A stretch of 64,000 nucleotides of DNA, taken from the NCBI GenBank assembly GCA_016214565.1, contig JACROE010000002.1, positions 600,007 to 664,006 on the forward strand. The letters run 5' to 3'. This stretch comes from Candidatus Kerfeldbacteria bacterium (GTDB lineage: Bacteria; Patescibacteriota; Patescibacteriia; UBA10025; JAHIVO01). The position numbers and the translations under genes are program-made. The notes under the pieces were generated by a model that worked only from the letters and a program-made list of their open reading frames with translations, was not told where the DNA came from and ran no database searches. This document shows positions 7,904 through 18,652 of this stretch, in pieces (position 1 is the first letter of the stretch; the number at the start of each line of letters is the position of its first letter).

Positions 7904-9703
7904 TTACACTTCAATTACTACCGGCAAAACCATTGGTCGGCGTTCCGTCTTGGTAAAGAGGAACTGACCAATCTGATCACGGATTTTATTCTTGATGAAC
8001 GCCTCATCTGCCTGGGCGCGAGATTCTTGATCCTTGAGGATCTTGATTACCTTTGTCCGCACCGCACCAAGCAATTGCTGGCTATGCTTCATGTAGATGA
8101 AGCCGCGAGAGATGATGTAGGGATTTTCCATGCCGCCGTTTTTGACGAGCGCGCCGGTTTTCTTATCGATGGTGACGATGATGACAAACATGCCATCCTC
8201 AGCCAGCATCTGGCGATCCCTGAGCACGACGTGGGAGATATCTCCGACGCCGAGGCCGTCAACGAAGACATAGTCTGAAGGGACTTTTTTCTCCAATGAC
8301 TTGGCTCCCTGGGGGGTGACTTCCAGCACTTGGCCGTTATCGAGAATAAAGACGTGATCCTTGGGATAGCCGCGGCGGGTAACCAGCTTTTCAGCTTCCT
8401 TGAGGAAGTAATGATTGGCGTAGACCGGCAGGAAATAGGTCGGTTTGATTTGCTTCACCACTTCGATCAGGTCGGCGGCAGTGCTGTGTCCGCTCGAGTG
8501 AATATCCATGATGTCGCTGTGCACCACATTGTCGCTCATGCGATACATATTGTCCTTCAACCGCTGGATTGTCCGCTCGTTGCCCGGAATGACCGAGGAG
8601 GAGAATATAATCGTGTCCGTTTTTTTCACTTTGACGAAGCGGTGGCTGCCATTGACGATGCGAGAGAGGACGGCATTGGGTTCGCCCTGGGCGCCGGTGC
8701 AGAGGACGACGATACGCCGCTCGGGGAATTTACTAATTTGGTCAATCGGAACGAGAGTATTTCGACCCGGTTTGATATAGCCAAGTTTTTGCGCTACATC
8801 AATGTTCAGTTTCATGCTGTAGCCATCCAGGGCGACTTTCTTGCCCAAACTGCCAGCGAATTCGAGGACATGTTTGATGCGTTCGATCTGGGAGGAGAAG
8901 GTGGCGATGATGACACGGCCAGGGGCGTCCTGGATGAGGCGATTCAGATTGTCGTGCATGACGCGCTCGGGCACTCGCTCCTTGGTATTGGTTGACCCGA
9001 GACTTTCCAGCATCAGCACGGTCGGTTTGGGAAGCTTGGCGAGCTGATCATAGTGCACCATGGCGCGACCAATGGGATTTTTTTCATAGGTCCAGTCGCC
9101 CGGATGGATGACCGTACCCGCCGGGGTTTTCAGAATGACGCCGACCGCATCCATGATCGAGTGGTCGACGGGGAAATAGGTGGCAGTAAAAGCGCCCAGG
9201 CGATGCTGGTCAGTGACGCGACTGATCGTGATGGTGCGCAGATGCTTGGCGCCGCCTTTGCGAAAGTCCTCCACGCGGTTTTTTACCAAGGCCAAGGTGA
9301 GTGGCCGGCCAATGATCGTGGGGTTTTTTAGTTTTTCCAGCAAAATAGGTGCCGCACCGATGTGGTCGAGGTGGCCGTGGGAGAAGATGACGGCGCGGAT
9401 GTTTTTTTCTTTTCCCTGGAGATAGGCGACATTGGGCACGATGTAGTCGATGCCCGGCATGTCCTCTTCAGGGAATTGGACGCCCATATCAACAATGACG
9501 ATGTCATTGCCGTATTCGAAGATGGTCATGTTGCGACCGACTTCCTCCTGGCCCCCGAGGGGGATGATGCGAAGGGCTTGGCCGGACGGCTTACCCGATG
9601 AGTGCGTTGATGACTGGGGTGAGCGCGGGGGTTGATGAGATTGATGACGAGGTCTGAAATTTTTTTTCATGTGATTATTAGTTCTGCCCGGGTATCTGTC
9701 CAA
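7904..9703 (-). CDS. rnj: ribonuclease J (metallo-beta-lactamase/beta-CASP)
   Basis: HGHLDHIG metal motif and RIIPLGG N-terminal region; overall RNase J architecture; basic low-complexity N-terminal extension, alternative start MKKNF at 9670. Confidence 0.9.
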   Translation of the reverse strand: MDRYPGRTNNHMKKNFRPRHQSHQPPRSPQSSTHSSGKPSGQALRIIPLGGQEEVGRNMTIFEYGNDIVIVDMGVQFPEEDMPGIDYIVPNVAYLQGKEKNIRAVIFSHGHLDHIGAAPILLEKLKNPTIIGRPLTLALVKNRVEDFRKGGAKHLRTITISRVTDQHRLGAFTATYFPVDHSIMDAVGVILKTPAGTVIHPGDWTYEKNPIGRAMVHYDQLAKLPKPTVLMLESLGSTNTKERVPERVMHDNLNRLIQDAPGRVIIATFSSQIERIKHVLEFAGSLGKKVALDGYSMKLNIDVAQKLGYIKPGRNTLVPIDQISKFPERRIVVLCTGAQGEPNAVLSRIVNGSHRFVKVKKTDTIIFSSSVIPGNERTIQRLKDNMYRMSDNVVHSDIMDIHSSGHSTAADLIEVVKQIKPTYFLPVYANHYFLKEAEKLVTRRGYPKDHVFILDNGQVLEVTPQGAKSLEKKVPSDYVFVDGLGVGDISHVVLRDRQMLAEDGMFVIIVTIDKKTGALVKNGGMENPYIISRGFIYMKHSQQLLGAVRTKVIKILKDQESRAQADEAFIKNKIRDQIGQFLFTKTERRPMVLPVVIEV

Positions 9704-9754
9704 CGAGTGCCGGAGAGGTACAGGAACAGTATTAGTTTTAATAGTAATTAGTAG

Positions 9755-11398
9755 TTAGTGAGTAGATGATGAGTGAGTGATTTCGAGCTTGGTAATCAGC
9801 TCGAGGGTGGCGCCGACAGTAATGGCGAAATTCCATTGACCGACGCGGTGCCGAAGTAATTCATTAGTTGATAATTGTGCCAGGTCGCCCCCCAGTGCCT
9901 GATAGCCAGCCTGGGCCCAGGCGGCTACCGCGGGCAATGATTGTGCTTCTGTGGTCCGTTGGTACGGCTTGATGCCGCCTTTGGCGCTACGGAAGTACAG
10001 CAGGGAGGGTTTCGTTTTCATAGGAATGCCCGATTCATCGGTAGGAAAGTCGAGCAGTTTCGGCTGGAGTTGACTGATGACGGTGCGGGGGAACCGGTTG
10101 GCAAGTTTGTCAGCGCGGCGGAGGCCGATGGCATAGCGGATGAAACGGGCGTCTAAGAATGGCGAGGTAGTAGTGAAGCGCGTGCGGTATAGGGCGATCC
10201 CTAGGCCGATGAAATTGCGTACCCGCTGCGTGGCGTAGAAAAGATCCAGTCCATCACCGAACCGATAGCCGGGTTGATAGACTGACTGCGCCATGCGGCG
10301 GGGATTAAGGGCTTGGACAAAAGCGGAGTTGGGTGAGAGCGTGGTACTTATTTCCGCGGCAATGCAGCGGTTTACCTGGTGTTGTCGCTCAATCCATTTA
10401 TCCCAGCCAGAGACATGCAGCATGTCCAGTGCGCTGGCGATGAATCCTTTATCAAAGAGGCTGCTGCGGGCAAATTCGCCGTTGGATCCGGCGAGATGGA
10501 TGGCCGCTGGGTTAAACGGAACTTTCTGGGCGTAAATGCCGGTGTGCCAGTGCAGGAAAACTTTTTCTCCGCTGGTTACTTTCAATATGTTTTCGGCGGC
10601 GGCAGGGTAGTCTTCGGCAGTGAGGTCCACGCGGGAGAAAGGGTAGCCAGTTGCCTGTGCCAGTTGTGCTGCGATGCAGGGGTCGGTTGCCTCGGCATTG
10701 CCCATGCAGCCGGTTTGCACATTGCGCTTCAGATGGGAGAGGCCGGCCAGGAGCGCTCGGCTGTCATAGCCAGCGCTTAAGGAGAGTGAGAAATTATTGT
10801 GTTCAGGCAATTCTGAGAGCAGTTCGACGAGTAGACTGCCGGCGTCCTGAATGCGCGAGTCGTATCGATTGGATTGGTAGGCCTCCTGCCAAAAGGGTTC
10901 TGTTTCAATCTGCAGTTTGCCGCCGGTGCTGATCATGATGCTGGCAGCCGGGACACGTTGTATCTTGGCGTGGAGCGACCGGTTAGCGAGGACGTGGTCA
11001 AAGAGTGCTACCTGCGCCAGGGCTTGGTAATCCCATTCCCATGGCAGCTGGGCAGCTCGGCAGCAGTCAAATACGTTTGCGGCATGAACGCATGCCGTTG
11101 GCGTTTGATAATAGAAGTACGGGATGGCGGAAACGACGGTAGAGATAAAAATCGTCAGCGGTTTGCCAGAATCGCGGTCGATGCCGTCTGCTACCAGGAT
11201 GAAGTCTCCTTTGAGTGATGATGGTTTGGTTCCGGTGGAAACACGCTTCAGAATATCAGCTGGCGCTTCAGGTGAATATCCGTGCAGGACAATCGTCGGG
11301 TCAGTACGAAAAGAAAATTGCATACAGTCTAAATGTTTTTGGTGGGCGAAACCCCGACGATTCCTCGATGCTCGGAATGTACGGGGCAGGGAGGACAT
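9755..11398 (-). CDS. asparagine synthetase (AsnB)-like PP-loop ATP pyrophosphatase family protein, lacking the N-terminal nucleophile Cys
   Basis: SLSAGYDSRALLAGL resembles the SGGxDS PP-loop; ~540 aa AsnB-like length; no Cys2 after either candidate Met (alternative start 11323). Confidence 0.5.
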   Translation of the reverse strand: MSSLPRTFRASRNRRGFAHQKHLDCMQFSFRTDPTIVLHGYSPEAPADILKRVSTGTKPSSLKGDFILVADGIDRDSGKPLTIFISTVVSAIPYFYYQTPTACVHAANVFDCCRAAQLPWEWDYQALAQVALFDHVLANRSLHAKIQRVPAASIMISTGGKLQIETEPFWQEAYQSNRYDSRIQDAGSLLVELLSELPEHNNFSLSLSAGYDSRALLAGLSHLKRNVQTGCMGNAEATDPCIAAQLAQATGYPFSRVDLTAEDYPAAAENILKVTSGEKVFLHWHTGIYAQKVPFNPAAIHLAGSNGEFARSSLFDKGFIASALDMLHVSGWDKWIERQHQVNRCIAAEISTTLSPNSAFVQALNPRRMAQSVYQPGYRFGDGLDLFYATQRVRNFIGLGIALYRTRFTTTSPFLDARFIRYAIGLRRADKLANRFPRTVISQLQPKLLDFPTDESGIPMKTKPSLLYFRSAKGGIKPYQRTTEAQSLPAVAAWAQAGYQALGGDLAQLSTNELLRHRVGQWNFAITVGATLELITKLEITHSSSTH

Positions 11399-11409
11399 GA
11401 GTCAAGGTG

Positions 11410-11496
11410 TGGTGCCGCGGGGGAGACTTGAACTCCCATGCCCTTGCGGGCACATGGCCCTGAACCATGCGTGTCTGCCAATTTCACCACCGCGGC
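11410..11496 (-). tRNA. tRNA-Leu(CAG)
   Basis: 87-nt cloverleaf folded by eye: acceptor GCCGCGG/CCGCGGC, anticodon loop TTCAGGG, long variable arm, GTTCAAGTC T-loop, encoded CCA. Confidence 0.8.
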
Positions 11497-11568
11497 AAAT
11501 ATGTAATTATGGACAATCAAATCCGTGGAGTTTATCCCGCCGTTTGGCGGGACCATTCGCCCCCAGGA

Positions 11569-13386
11569 TTATTCCCAACCGAGTCGGGTCTTGATATACC
11601 AGTTCGTGATGCCATTCAATCGATCCGAGGGGACCGTGATGCGGGCGGCGCCGATACCGTGAATAGATCGGTTCACCGGATAGTCATAGGATGGGCTGAA
11701 GAGAAATACCGCCGGCATGTCTGCAATCAAGATATTTTGGAATTCAATATATTTTTGCGCGCGCTCATCAGGGTTGTCGGTTTTGCGCGCTTCTTCCAGC
11801 AATTTATCAGCCTCTTTATTGAAATAATTTGCCAGATTGAGGCCGCCATTCAGGCTCTGACTGGAGTGCCAGAAAGGATAGGGATCGGGATCGGTGCCAA
11901 GGATTTCACCGTAGAGAAATGCCTCGTAGTTGCGCGGTTTGATGACTTCTTTATCCACGCGATTCGGATTCATTATTTTGAGTTCGACACCCACACCGAC
12001 TGCCTCCCAATTTTCACGAAGGATGTCGGCAGTTTTTAAATACTCAGGTTGGTCGACGGTCGTTAGGGAGAATTTGAGCTCCGCGCCATTCTTCTGTCGC
12101 AGCCCGCCTCCTTCTGGTACTTTCCATCCTTGTTCCTCGAGCACAGCCGCGGCTCGCTCCGCATTGTAATCAAATCGTTCAATAGTGGGATTATAGCCGA
12201 GGAATCCCTCGAGGATAGGGGCGGAAACAATAGTGCCCTGGTTATTTAAAGCTTCTGTCAGAATACGGTTTTTGTCCGTAGCCAGGGAGAGCGCCTTGGT
12301 TACGTTTTCATTTTTGAAGATATCATTTTTTTGGTTGAAAAAAACGGCGGTGTACTGCGGCAGCTGCAAATGGTGGATTTCAACATGTTTACTCTCCGCA
12401 AAACTGTCACGGTAATCCTTGGGAATGTAGCTGATGCCATCGGTATTGCCGTTTTTTAGAGCCGTCAGCGCGGTTTCGAAATCCGGGTAGAATTTGAACA
12501 GTAATTGATCAATAAAAGGAGCGGCCGTGTAGTAGCTGTCGTTACGGATGAGTAAATAGGTACGGATGGTGCCGGATTGTTCTTTGGTCAATTCGGAGAA
12601 TTTATACGGCCCAGAACCAATCGGTCGAGTATTAAATTCAGCTAAACGGAAATTGGCAGGCTGGACATCGCCCCAGACATGCATGGGCAGAATGCCGACG
12701 GTAAGATTTGAGAGGAAAGGGGCAAACGGTTCGGGTAGGGTAAAGGTAACCGTGCGGTCATCTATGCGATCGACGGTAACCCCACGGAAGGTAGAGTAGA
12801 GCGGGCTCGAGAAGTCAGGGTCAGTGATCAGTTGGAAAGTAAAAACTACATCATCAGCCAGGAGCGCATTGCCATTGTGCCAGGTCAATCCTTCGCGCAG
12901 CACCACCGTGTATACTTTCTTATCTTCTGAGAGCGTGTAGGATTCTGCGAGGTCGGGCTGGAGTTCTAATTGTTCATCAAAACGGAAGAGCCCCGAGTAG
13001 AGCAGTTTCGATAAGTCGCGATCAACGTCGCTCTGAGCCAGTATCGGATTCACATACGTGGGCTGGCCGATCAGGGCCTCGCTGTATTCACCGCCTGATT
13101 CAGGCAGATAGACGACGTGGCGCTGGTAAAAACTGAAAAAGAGAAAGGCAACCCCCAGGATAATGATTCCAGTACACAGGCGGATGATGAGACGTTCTCG
13201 TTTCGAGAGGTACTCCGGCACGTACTGCAATTGTTCCCAGGTGGGGAACCGCTTCTTGGCTAATGAAAAAACAAGCTGCCGATCCCATTGGGCGCGCTCA
13301 TCAGGAAGCGGTGGCCGGATGGGTTCCGCTTGAGGAGTGCTATTCTGTTTGGTACGAAATCGAAGTTTCGAGAAAAATTGTTTCAC
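11569..13386 (-). CDS. ABC-transporter substrate-binding protein, family 5 (Opp/Dpp-like), N-terminal membrane anchor, orphan
   Basis: 605 aa with the SBP family 5 fold; N-terminal TM helix; no permease or ATPase genes adjacent. Confidence 0.75.
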   Translation of the reverse strand: MKQFFSKLRFRTKQNSTPQAEPIRPPLPDERAQWDRQLVFSLAKKRFPTWEQLQYVPEYLSKRERLIIRLCTGIIILGVAFLFFSFYQRHVVYLPESGGEYSEALIGQPTYVNPILAQSDVDRDLSKLLYSGLFRFDEQLELQPDLAESYTLSEDKKVYTVVLREGLTWHNGNALLADDVVFTFQLITDPDFSSPLYSTFRGVTVDRIDDRTVTFTLPEPFAPFLSNLTVGILPMHVWGDVQPANFRLAEFNTRPIGSGPYKFSELTKEQSGTIRTYLLIRNDSYYTAAPFIDQLLFKFYPDFETALTALKNGNTDGISYIPKDYRDSFAESKHVEIHHLQLPQYTAVFFNQKNDIFKNENVTKALSLATDKNRILTEALNNQGTIVSAPILEGFLGYNPTIERFDYNAERAAAVLEEQGWKVPEGGGLRQKNGAELKFSLTTVDQPEYLKTADILRENWEAVGVGVELKIMNPNRVDKEVIKPRNYEAFLYGEILGTDPDPYPFWHSSQSLNGGLNLANYFNKEADKLLEEARKTDNPDERAQKYIEFQNILIADMPAVFLFSPSYDYPVNRSIHGIGAARITVPSDRLNGITNWYIKTRLGWE

Positions 13387-13425
13387 AGGAGCTTATGCGG
13401 GCGATGACTGGCAGACGGTGCCTGG

Positions 13426-13647
13426 CTAGCGTTGGACTAGGACGTTTGTCAGCGATACGCCGAAGAAAAGGAGACTTAAGACAATGGTTGCAAAAAATAA
13501 GGTTTTTTCAAATCCCCGCTTGGTGCGGAAGACGTTTTCGCCACCACCAAAGGCAGATCCCAGGCCGGTACCTTTATTTTGAAGCAGAATTGCAGTAATT
13601 AAGAATCCGGCAAGGACGATTTGTGCAATATTGAATATGTTTCCCAT
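13426..13647 (-). CDS. secG: preprotein translocase subunit SecG
   Basis: 73 aa, two TM helices, conserved LLQ-KG-GLG-AFGGG motif. Confidence 0.8.
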   Translation of the reverse strand: MGNIFNIAQIVLAGFLITAILLQNKGTGLGSAFGGGENVFRTKRGFEKTLFFATIVLSLLFFGVSLTNVLVQR

Positions 13648-13858
13648 ATAATGAAAATACGTAACTCAAGTGTTCATGAGTATCAGGAACCATACCAAAG
13701 CAAGGCCTACCTGTCAAGCGGGCGTTTGCGCCGGATGATCAGGCGTTGCAGCTCTTTAACCCGGCGGCCAGATACGGCCATGGCCGGATGTTTGCGGCGC
13801 TGGCGGCGGGTGGCGCGGCGTTCCAGCGCGGCCTCGATGGCTTCGGGGGTGGATTCGG

Positions 13859-15652
13859 TCATAATGATTCTTTTATTCGTTTGGCAAGCGTGGCGCCAAC
13901 CAGACGGGTCAGTGCCTCCATTGATTGGTTGCGAACGTGTCGCACCGATCCAAACTCCTTAAGTAGTTTCTTCTTGGTGTGAGCGCCAACGCCTGGCACA
14001 TCATCAAGGCGGGAATGGGTAGTCGCCCGGCCATGGCGAGAACGGTAGAAGGTGATGGCGAAGCGGTGCGCTTCGTCGCGCATTCGTTGGATGAGATAGA
14101 GCGCCTCGGAGTCAGCTGGGAAATGCAGCGGTGTTTTTCGACCCGGCACAAAGATGGCCTCTTCTTTTTTTGCTAAAGCAATGACTGGGCATGGGATCGT
14201 TACGCCCTCACGCACGGTATTCAGTTGACCTTTGCCGCCGTCCAGGATGACCAGGTCCGGTTGCGGCCAGCCCCCCCTCTCCCCAGCCCTCTCCCCCGAA
14301 GTGGGAGAGGGGGTGGGTTTTTGGTGCTGGAAACGGCGTTGGAGCATCTCAGTCAGCATGGCAAAGTCGTTTGCGCCGACCACGGTTTTGATTTTGAATT
14401 TGCGATACCATTGCTTATCTGGCTGGCCATCGGTAAAGACCACCATGGAGCCGACGGCGTTCGTTCCTTGAATGTTTGAGATGTCATAGGTTTCGATTCG
14501 GCGAGGTGGTTTGGGTAATTTTAGTAATTCTTTGAACGCTCCGAGGGCTTGCTGGATCTTGCGCGTGTCTTTTTCCCATGACGCCTTTTGTTGTTCAAGA
14601 TAGTTGAGCGCATTTTCTCGACCGAGGGTCAGGTATTGGCGCTTCGCTCCGCGCCGCGGTATGATTACGGTAGTCTTAAACGTTTTATTGATGAGGGCTG
14701 CATTGGGTAGTGTTGTTGGAACAAGGATGGCGGGCGGGGTATTGGTATGCTGGGCGTAGAACCGTTCGATGAACGCTTGCAGCACCTCAGCATCCGATTG
14801 CTCAGCGGTATTGGTCAGTAGGAAGTCCTGCTTAGCAATCAGTTTTCCCTGCCGGACGGCGAAGAGATTGACCGCGGCGCGGGCGCCTTCGCGCGCCACG
14901 CTGATAATGTCGTAGTGCTCTTGGCGCGGCGAAACAACTTTCTGCTTTTCCATCATGCGCTCGATGGCCTGGATTTTATCGCGAAGCAACGCCGCTCGTT
15001 CAAACTGATGATCAGCCGCGCGCTTCTTCATTTCTTGTTGCAACTCGGTCACGATGTCCTGGTAGTCGCCATTCAAGAAGCGGATAATCCGGTTAATGGT
15101 GCGGCGGTAGTCGGTAGGGTCAGCCGGACCCATCAGTTCTGGATAGCGTCGGACGTAGTACTCCAATTGGTGCTTCGATGGCTGGGTGGGGAAGTTACGG
15201 TGGGGGAATAATTTACGTAGGGTGTGAAGGGTTTCCCGAACCGCAAAGGCAGAAGTATAGGGGCCGAAATATTTTGCCTTATCCTGGAGGATGCGGCGGA
15301 CGGTGAAGACCCGCGGGTATTCCTCGGCCAGACTGATTTTGATATAGAGAAAATTTTTGTCGTCCTTCAGGTCAATGTTGTACGGTGGCTGGTGGCGCTT
15401 GATCAGGCTGGACTCCAGGAGCAGTGCTTCGGTTTCCGACGAGGTGATGATGTACTCCAGCTTGGCAATCTTCCCCACCATGATCTGCTTGGTGGGCGAG
15501 TGCTTTGCCGCGGAATGGAAATAGGAGGAGACGCGGTGCCGGAGCTGCTTGGCTTTGCCGATATACAGCAGGGCGCCGGTCGCATCTTTGAACTGGTAGA
15601 CGCCGGGTTTGAGAGGGATTTTTGAGAGATTAATGTGTTTCGGGGCAGGCAT
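13859..15652 (-). CDS. uvrC: excinuclease ABC subunit C
   Basis: N-terminal GIY-YIG (GVYQF...LYIGKAKQLRHRVSSYF); UvrBC-interaction region and LDGGKGQ endonuclease motif. Confidence 0.9.
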   Translation of the reverse strand: MPAPKHINLSKIPLKPGVYQFKDATGALLYIGKAKQLRHRVSSYFHSAAKHSPTKQIMVGKIAKLEYIITSSETEALLLESSLIKRHQPPYNIDLKDDKNFLYIKISLAEEYPRVFTVRRILQDKAKYFGPYTSAFAVRETLHTLRKLFPHRNFPTQPSKHQLEYYVRRYPELMGPADPTDYRRTINRIIRFLNGDYQDIVTELQQEMKKRAADHQFERAALLRDKIQAIERMMEKQKVVSPRQEHYDIISVAREGARAAVNLFAVRQGKLIAKQDFLLTNTAEQSDAEVLQAFIERFYAQHTNTPPAILVPTTLPNAALINKTFKTTVIIPRRGAKRQYLTLGRENALNYLEQQKASWEKDTRKIQQALGAFKELLKLPKPPRRIETYDISNIQGTNAVGSMVVFTDGQPDKQWYRKFKIKTVVGANDFAMLTEMLQRRFQHQKPTPSPTSGERAGERGGWPQPDLVILDGGKGQLNTVREGVTIPCPVIALAKKEEAIFVPGRKTPLHFPADSEALYLIQRMRDEAHRFAITFYRSRHGRATTHSRLDDVPGVGAHTKKKLLKEFGSVRHVRNQSMEALTRLVGATLAKRIKESL

Positions 15653-15745
15653 AGAGCCAGTATAGCATGGCTAGCTCTTGACCAGTCTTGACAGCGGGTG
15701 TATACTGGCTTCCGAATTGTTTATCAATTTTTGTGTTACCAGCGT

Positions 15746-18622
15746 ATGCCTGCTCGTACCAAGAAAGCCATTGCCAAGACCCCCTCGACTCAACCGGTTA
15801 TCTCGATTCGCGGCGCGCGGGTACACAATCTCAAGAACATCTCTCTGGACATTCCCCGGGACAAATTAGTGGTGATTACCGGTATTTCCGGTTCAGGAAA
15901 ATCATCGCTGGCTTTTGATACCATTTACGCCGAAGGACAGCGCCGCTACGTCGAATCATTGTCCGCCTACGCGCGCCAATTCCTCGGTCTGATGGACAAA
16001 CCTGATGTGGATCAGATCGACGGTTTATCACCCGCCATTTCTATTGATCAGAAATCGACTTCGCATAATCCTCGCTCGACCGTTGGCACGGTGACTGAGA
16101 TTTATGATTACCTTCGTTTGCTTTTTGCCCGCGTCGGTACTCCACACTGTCCGCAGTGTGGCCGGATTGTTTCCAAACAAACCATTGAGCAGATCACTGA
16201 TCAGGTGTTGTCCCTGTCGCAGGGCACCCAATTCATGATTATGGCGCCGGTTATTCGCAGTCAAAAAGGGGAACACAAGAAAGTGGTGAGCGAAGTACGC
16301 AAAGCCGGTTATGTTCGTATTCGGATTGACGGGGATCTGTATCCGATTGAGGAAGCGGAAGACATGACATTAGACAAGCAGAAGAAGCACGATCTGGAAG
16401 TGGTGGTAGACCGGCTCACCAATGACAAATCTCTTGAGCAGCAGCGCTTGCGTGAGTCACTCGAAGCCGCGCTCGATTTGGGTGACGGCTTGGTTATCAT
16501 TCATGACGCGGACAAAAAAGTTGATCACTTGTATTCACAGCATTTTGCTTGTCCGCATTGTCATATTAATCTCCCGCCCATTGAACCGCGTAATTTTTCT
16601 TTTAATAATCCACACGGCGCCTGCCCTGACTGTACGGGCTTGGGTACTCGACTTGAGATTGATCCGGAAATGGTCATCCCCAATGACCGCCTGACCATCG
16701 CCGAAGGTGCTATCCGCCCCTGGGCACGCACCACAGCCAATCAGGCCTGGTATCTCCGGTTCCTGGAGAAGGTGGCGCTGGCGAATGGTTTTTCTCTGGA
16801 TGTACCCGTGAATACATTGACGAAAAAACAGCTGGACATGATTCTCTACGGAACGGGAACGCAGGAGTACACCATGGATTATTCCAGTGATCGGTTTGAA
16901 GGTGAGTTTACTAAGAATTTCGAAGGGGTGATTCCCAATCTGATGCGCCGGTACAAAGAAACTCAATCTGATTATATCCGCTTGGAGATTGAAAAATTCA
17001 TGCGTGTGTTGCCCTGTCCCACTTGTCTGGGTAAACGACTGAAGCCAGAAGCGCTCGCGGTATTAATTGATAAGAAATCAATTGCCGACATCAGCGCTAT
17101 GACCGTCGAGCATGCCCGCGATTTCTTCGCCACATTGGCCTTTGCCAGTGAACAGCACAAGACGATTGCCCGGCAGATCCTCAAAGAGATTTCCGCGCGA
17201 TTGCAATTCCTGAATAATGTGGGTCTCGACTATTTGACGCTGGATCGCGGTGCCTCCACCCTGGCTGGTGGTGAAGCGCAGCGGATCAGACTCGCTACTC
17301 AGATCGGTTCTTCACTGGTGGGAGTCGTCTACATATTAGATGAGCCATCGATTGGCCTCCATCAGCGCGATAATGAAAAATTGATAGAAACGCTGATTAC
17401 CCTGAAAGAGCTTGGTAACACCGTGATTGTCGTTGAGCATGATGAAGGCACCATTCTTGCTTCAGATTATGTGGTAGATATTGGTCCCGGTGCGGGAGAA
17501 CATGGCGGGCATGTAGTAGCCGCTGGTACGCCGCAGGAAATCATGAAGGATAAGAATTCATTGACCGGTCAATATATCTCTGGCCGATTATCCATCCCGG
17601 CACCCAAAGAATACCGCAAGGGCAATGGTAAATATCTCACGATCAAAGGTGCGTCTGAATTCAACCTCAAAAATGTTGATGCGAAATTCCCTCTCGGGAA
17701 ATTCATCTGTATCACTGGCGTGTCTGGTTCGGGCAAATCAACGCTGATGACCGACATATTGGCCAAGGCATTAGCACAAAAATTCTACCGTGCCAAAGAA
17801 GTGCCTGGTAAACATGTTGGTCTGGAAGGCACCGAGCATCTCGATAAGGTCATCGTGATTGACCAGTCGCCGATTGGCCGTACTCCGCGCTCCAACCCCG
17901 CCACCTATACGGGCGTCTTTACCTACATCCGTGATCTCTTTTCCCAAGTGCCGGAAGCGCGCATCCGTGGATACTCACCCGGGCGGTTTAGTTTCAATGT
18001 CGTGGGTGGTCGCTGTGAAGCCTGCCAGGGCGATGGCCTGGTGAAGATTGAAATGCAATTTTTACCCGACGTCTACGTGGAATGTGAGGAGTGCAAAGGC
18101 CATCGGTACAATGCCCAAGCCTTGGAGATTCATTACCGCAGCAAGAATATTTCCGACGTGCTTAATATGACGGTGGAAGAGGCGATGTATTTCTTCCAGA
18201 ATCAGCCAGCCATCCATAGCAAAATGAAGACATTGTATGAAGTGGGTCTGGGCTATGTGCACCTGGGGCAATCAGCCACCACGCTCTCGGGCGGTGAAGC
18301 CCAGCGGGTGAAGCTGGCTACCGAATTATCACGTCGAGCCACGGGCAAGACACTCTACATCCTGGATGAGCCAACCACCGGTTTGCACTTCGATGACGTG
18401 AAGCGGCTCTTGAGTGTTTTGAATCAGTTGGTTGATAAGGGAAACACCGTGCTCGTCATTGAACACAATTTGGACATTATCAAATCAGCCGATTGGTTGA
18501 TCGACCTCGGTCCTGAGGGTGGCAGCAAGGGTGGAGAAATTGTGGCTCAAGGTACGCCGCGTGAAGTCGTGAAAGTGGTGCGCAGTTACACCGGCAAATT
18601 TCTCAAACCACTACTGAAATAG
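15746..18622 (+). CDS. uvrA: excinuclease ABC subunit A
   Basis: Two ABC ATPase modules ([20 protein letters not shown]) and zinc-finger Cys clusters; start set at MPARTKK; divergent from uvrC. Confidence 0.95.
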   Translation: MPARTKKAIAKTPSTQPVISIRGARVHNLKNISLDIPRDKLVVITGISGSGKSSLAFDTIYAEGQRRYVESLSAYARQFLGLMDKPDVDQIDGLSPAISIDQKSTSHNPRSTVGTVTEIYDYLRLLFARVGTPHCPQCGRIVSKQTIEQITDQVLSLSQGTQFMIMAPVIRSQKGEHKKVVSEVRKAGYVRIRIDGDLYPIEEAEDMTLDKQKKHDLEVVVDRLTNDKSLEQQRLRESLEAALDLGDGLVIIHDADKKVDHLYSQHFACPHCHINLPPIEPRNFSFNNPHGACPDCTGLGTRLEIDPEMVIPNDRLTIAEGAIRPWARTTANQAWYLRFLEKVALANGFSLDVPVNTLTKKQLDMILYGTGTQEYTMDYSSDRFEGEFTKNFEGVIPNLMRRYKETQSDYIRLEIEKFMRVLPCPTCLGKRLKPEALAVLIDKKSIADISAMTVEHARDFFATLAFASEQHKTIARQILKEISARLQFLNNVGLDYLTLDRGASTLAGGEAQRIRLATQIGSSLVGVVYILDEPSIGLHQRDNEKLIETLITLKELGNTVIVVEHDEGTILASDYVVDIGPGAGEHGGHVVAAGTPQEIMKDKNSLTGQYISGRLSIPAPKEYRKGNGKYLTIKGASEFNLKNVDAKFPLGKFICITGVSGSGKSTLMTDILAKALAQKFYRAKEVPGKHVGLEGTEHLDKVIVIDQSPIGRTPRSNPATYTGVFTYIRDLFSQVPEARIRGYSPGRFSFNVVGGRCEACQGDGLVKIEMQFLPDVYVECEECKGHRYNAQALEIHYRSKNISDVLNMTVEEAMYFFQNQPAIHSKMKTLYEVGLGYVHLGQSATTLSGGEAQRVKLATELSRRATGKTLYILDEPTTGLHFDDVKRLLSVLNQLVDKGNTVLVIEHNLDIIKSADWLIDLGPEGGSKGGEIVAQGTPREVVKVVRSYTGKFLKPLLK

Positions 18623-18652
18623 GACCTCTTTTCCGATAGTGAAACATCCGTT

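Noticed and set aside
8330-8995. 221-aa plus-strand ORF (and several 60-90 aa ORFs) inside the rnj region
   Set aside because: Entirely antisense to the well-supported RNase J gene; Asp/Glu/Gly-rich composition typical of antisense frames of GC-biased genes; no RBS.
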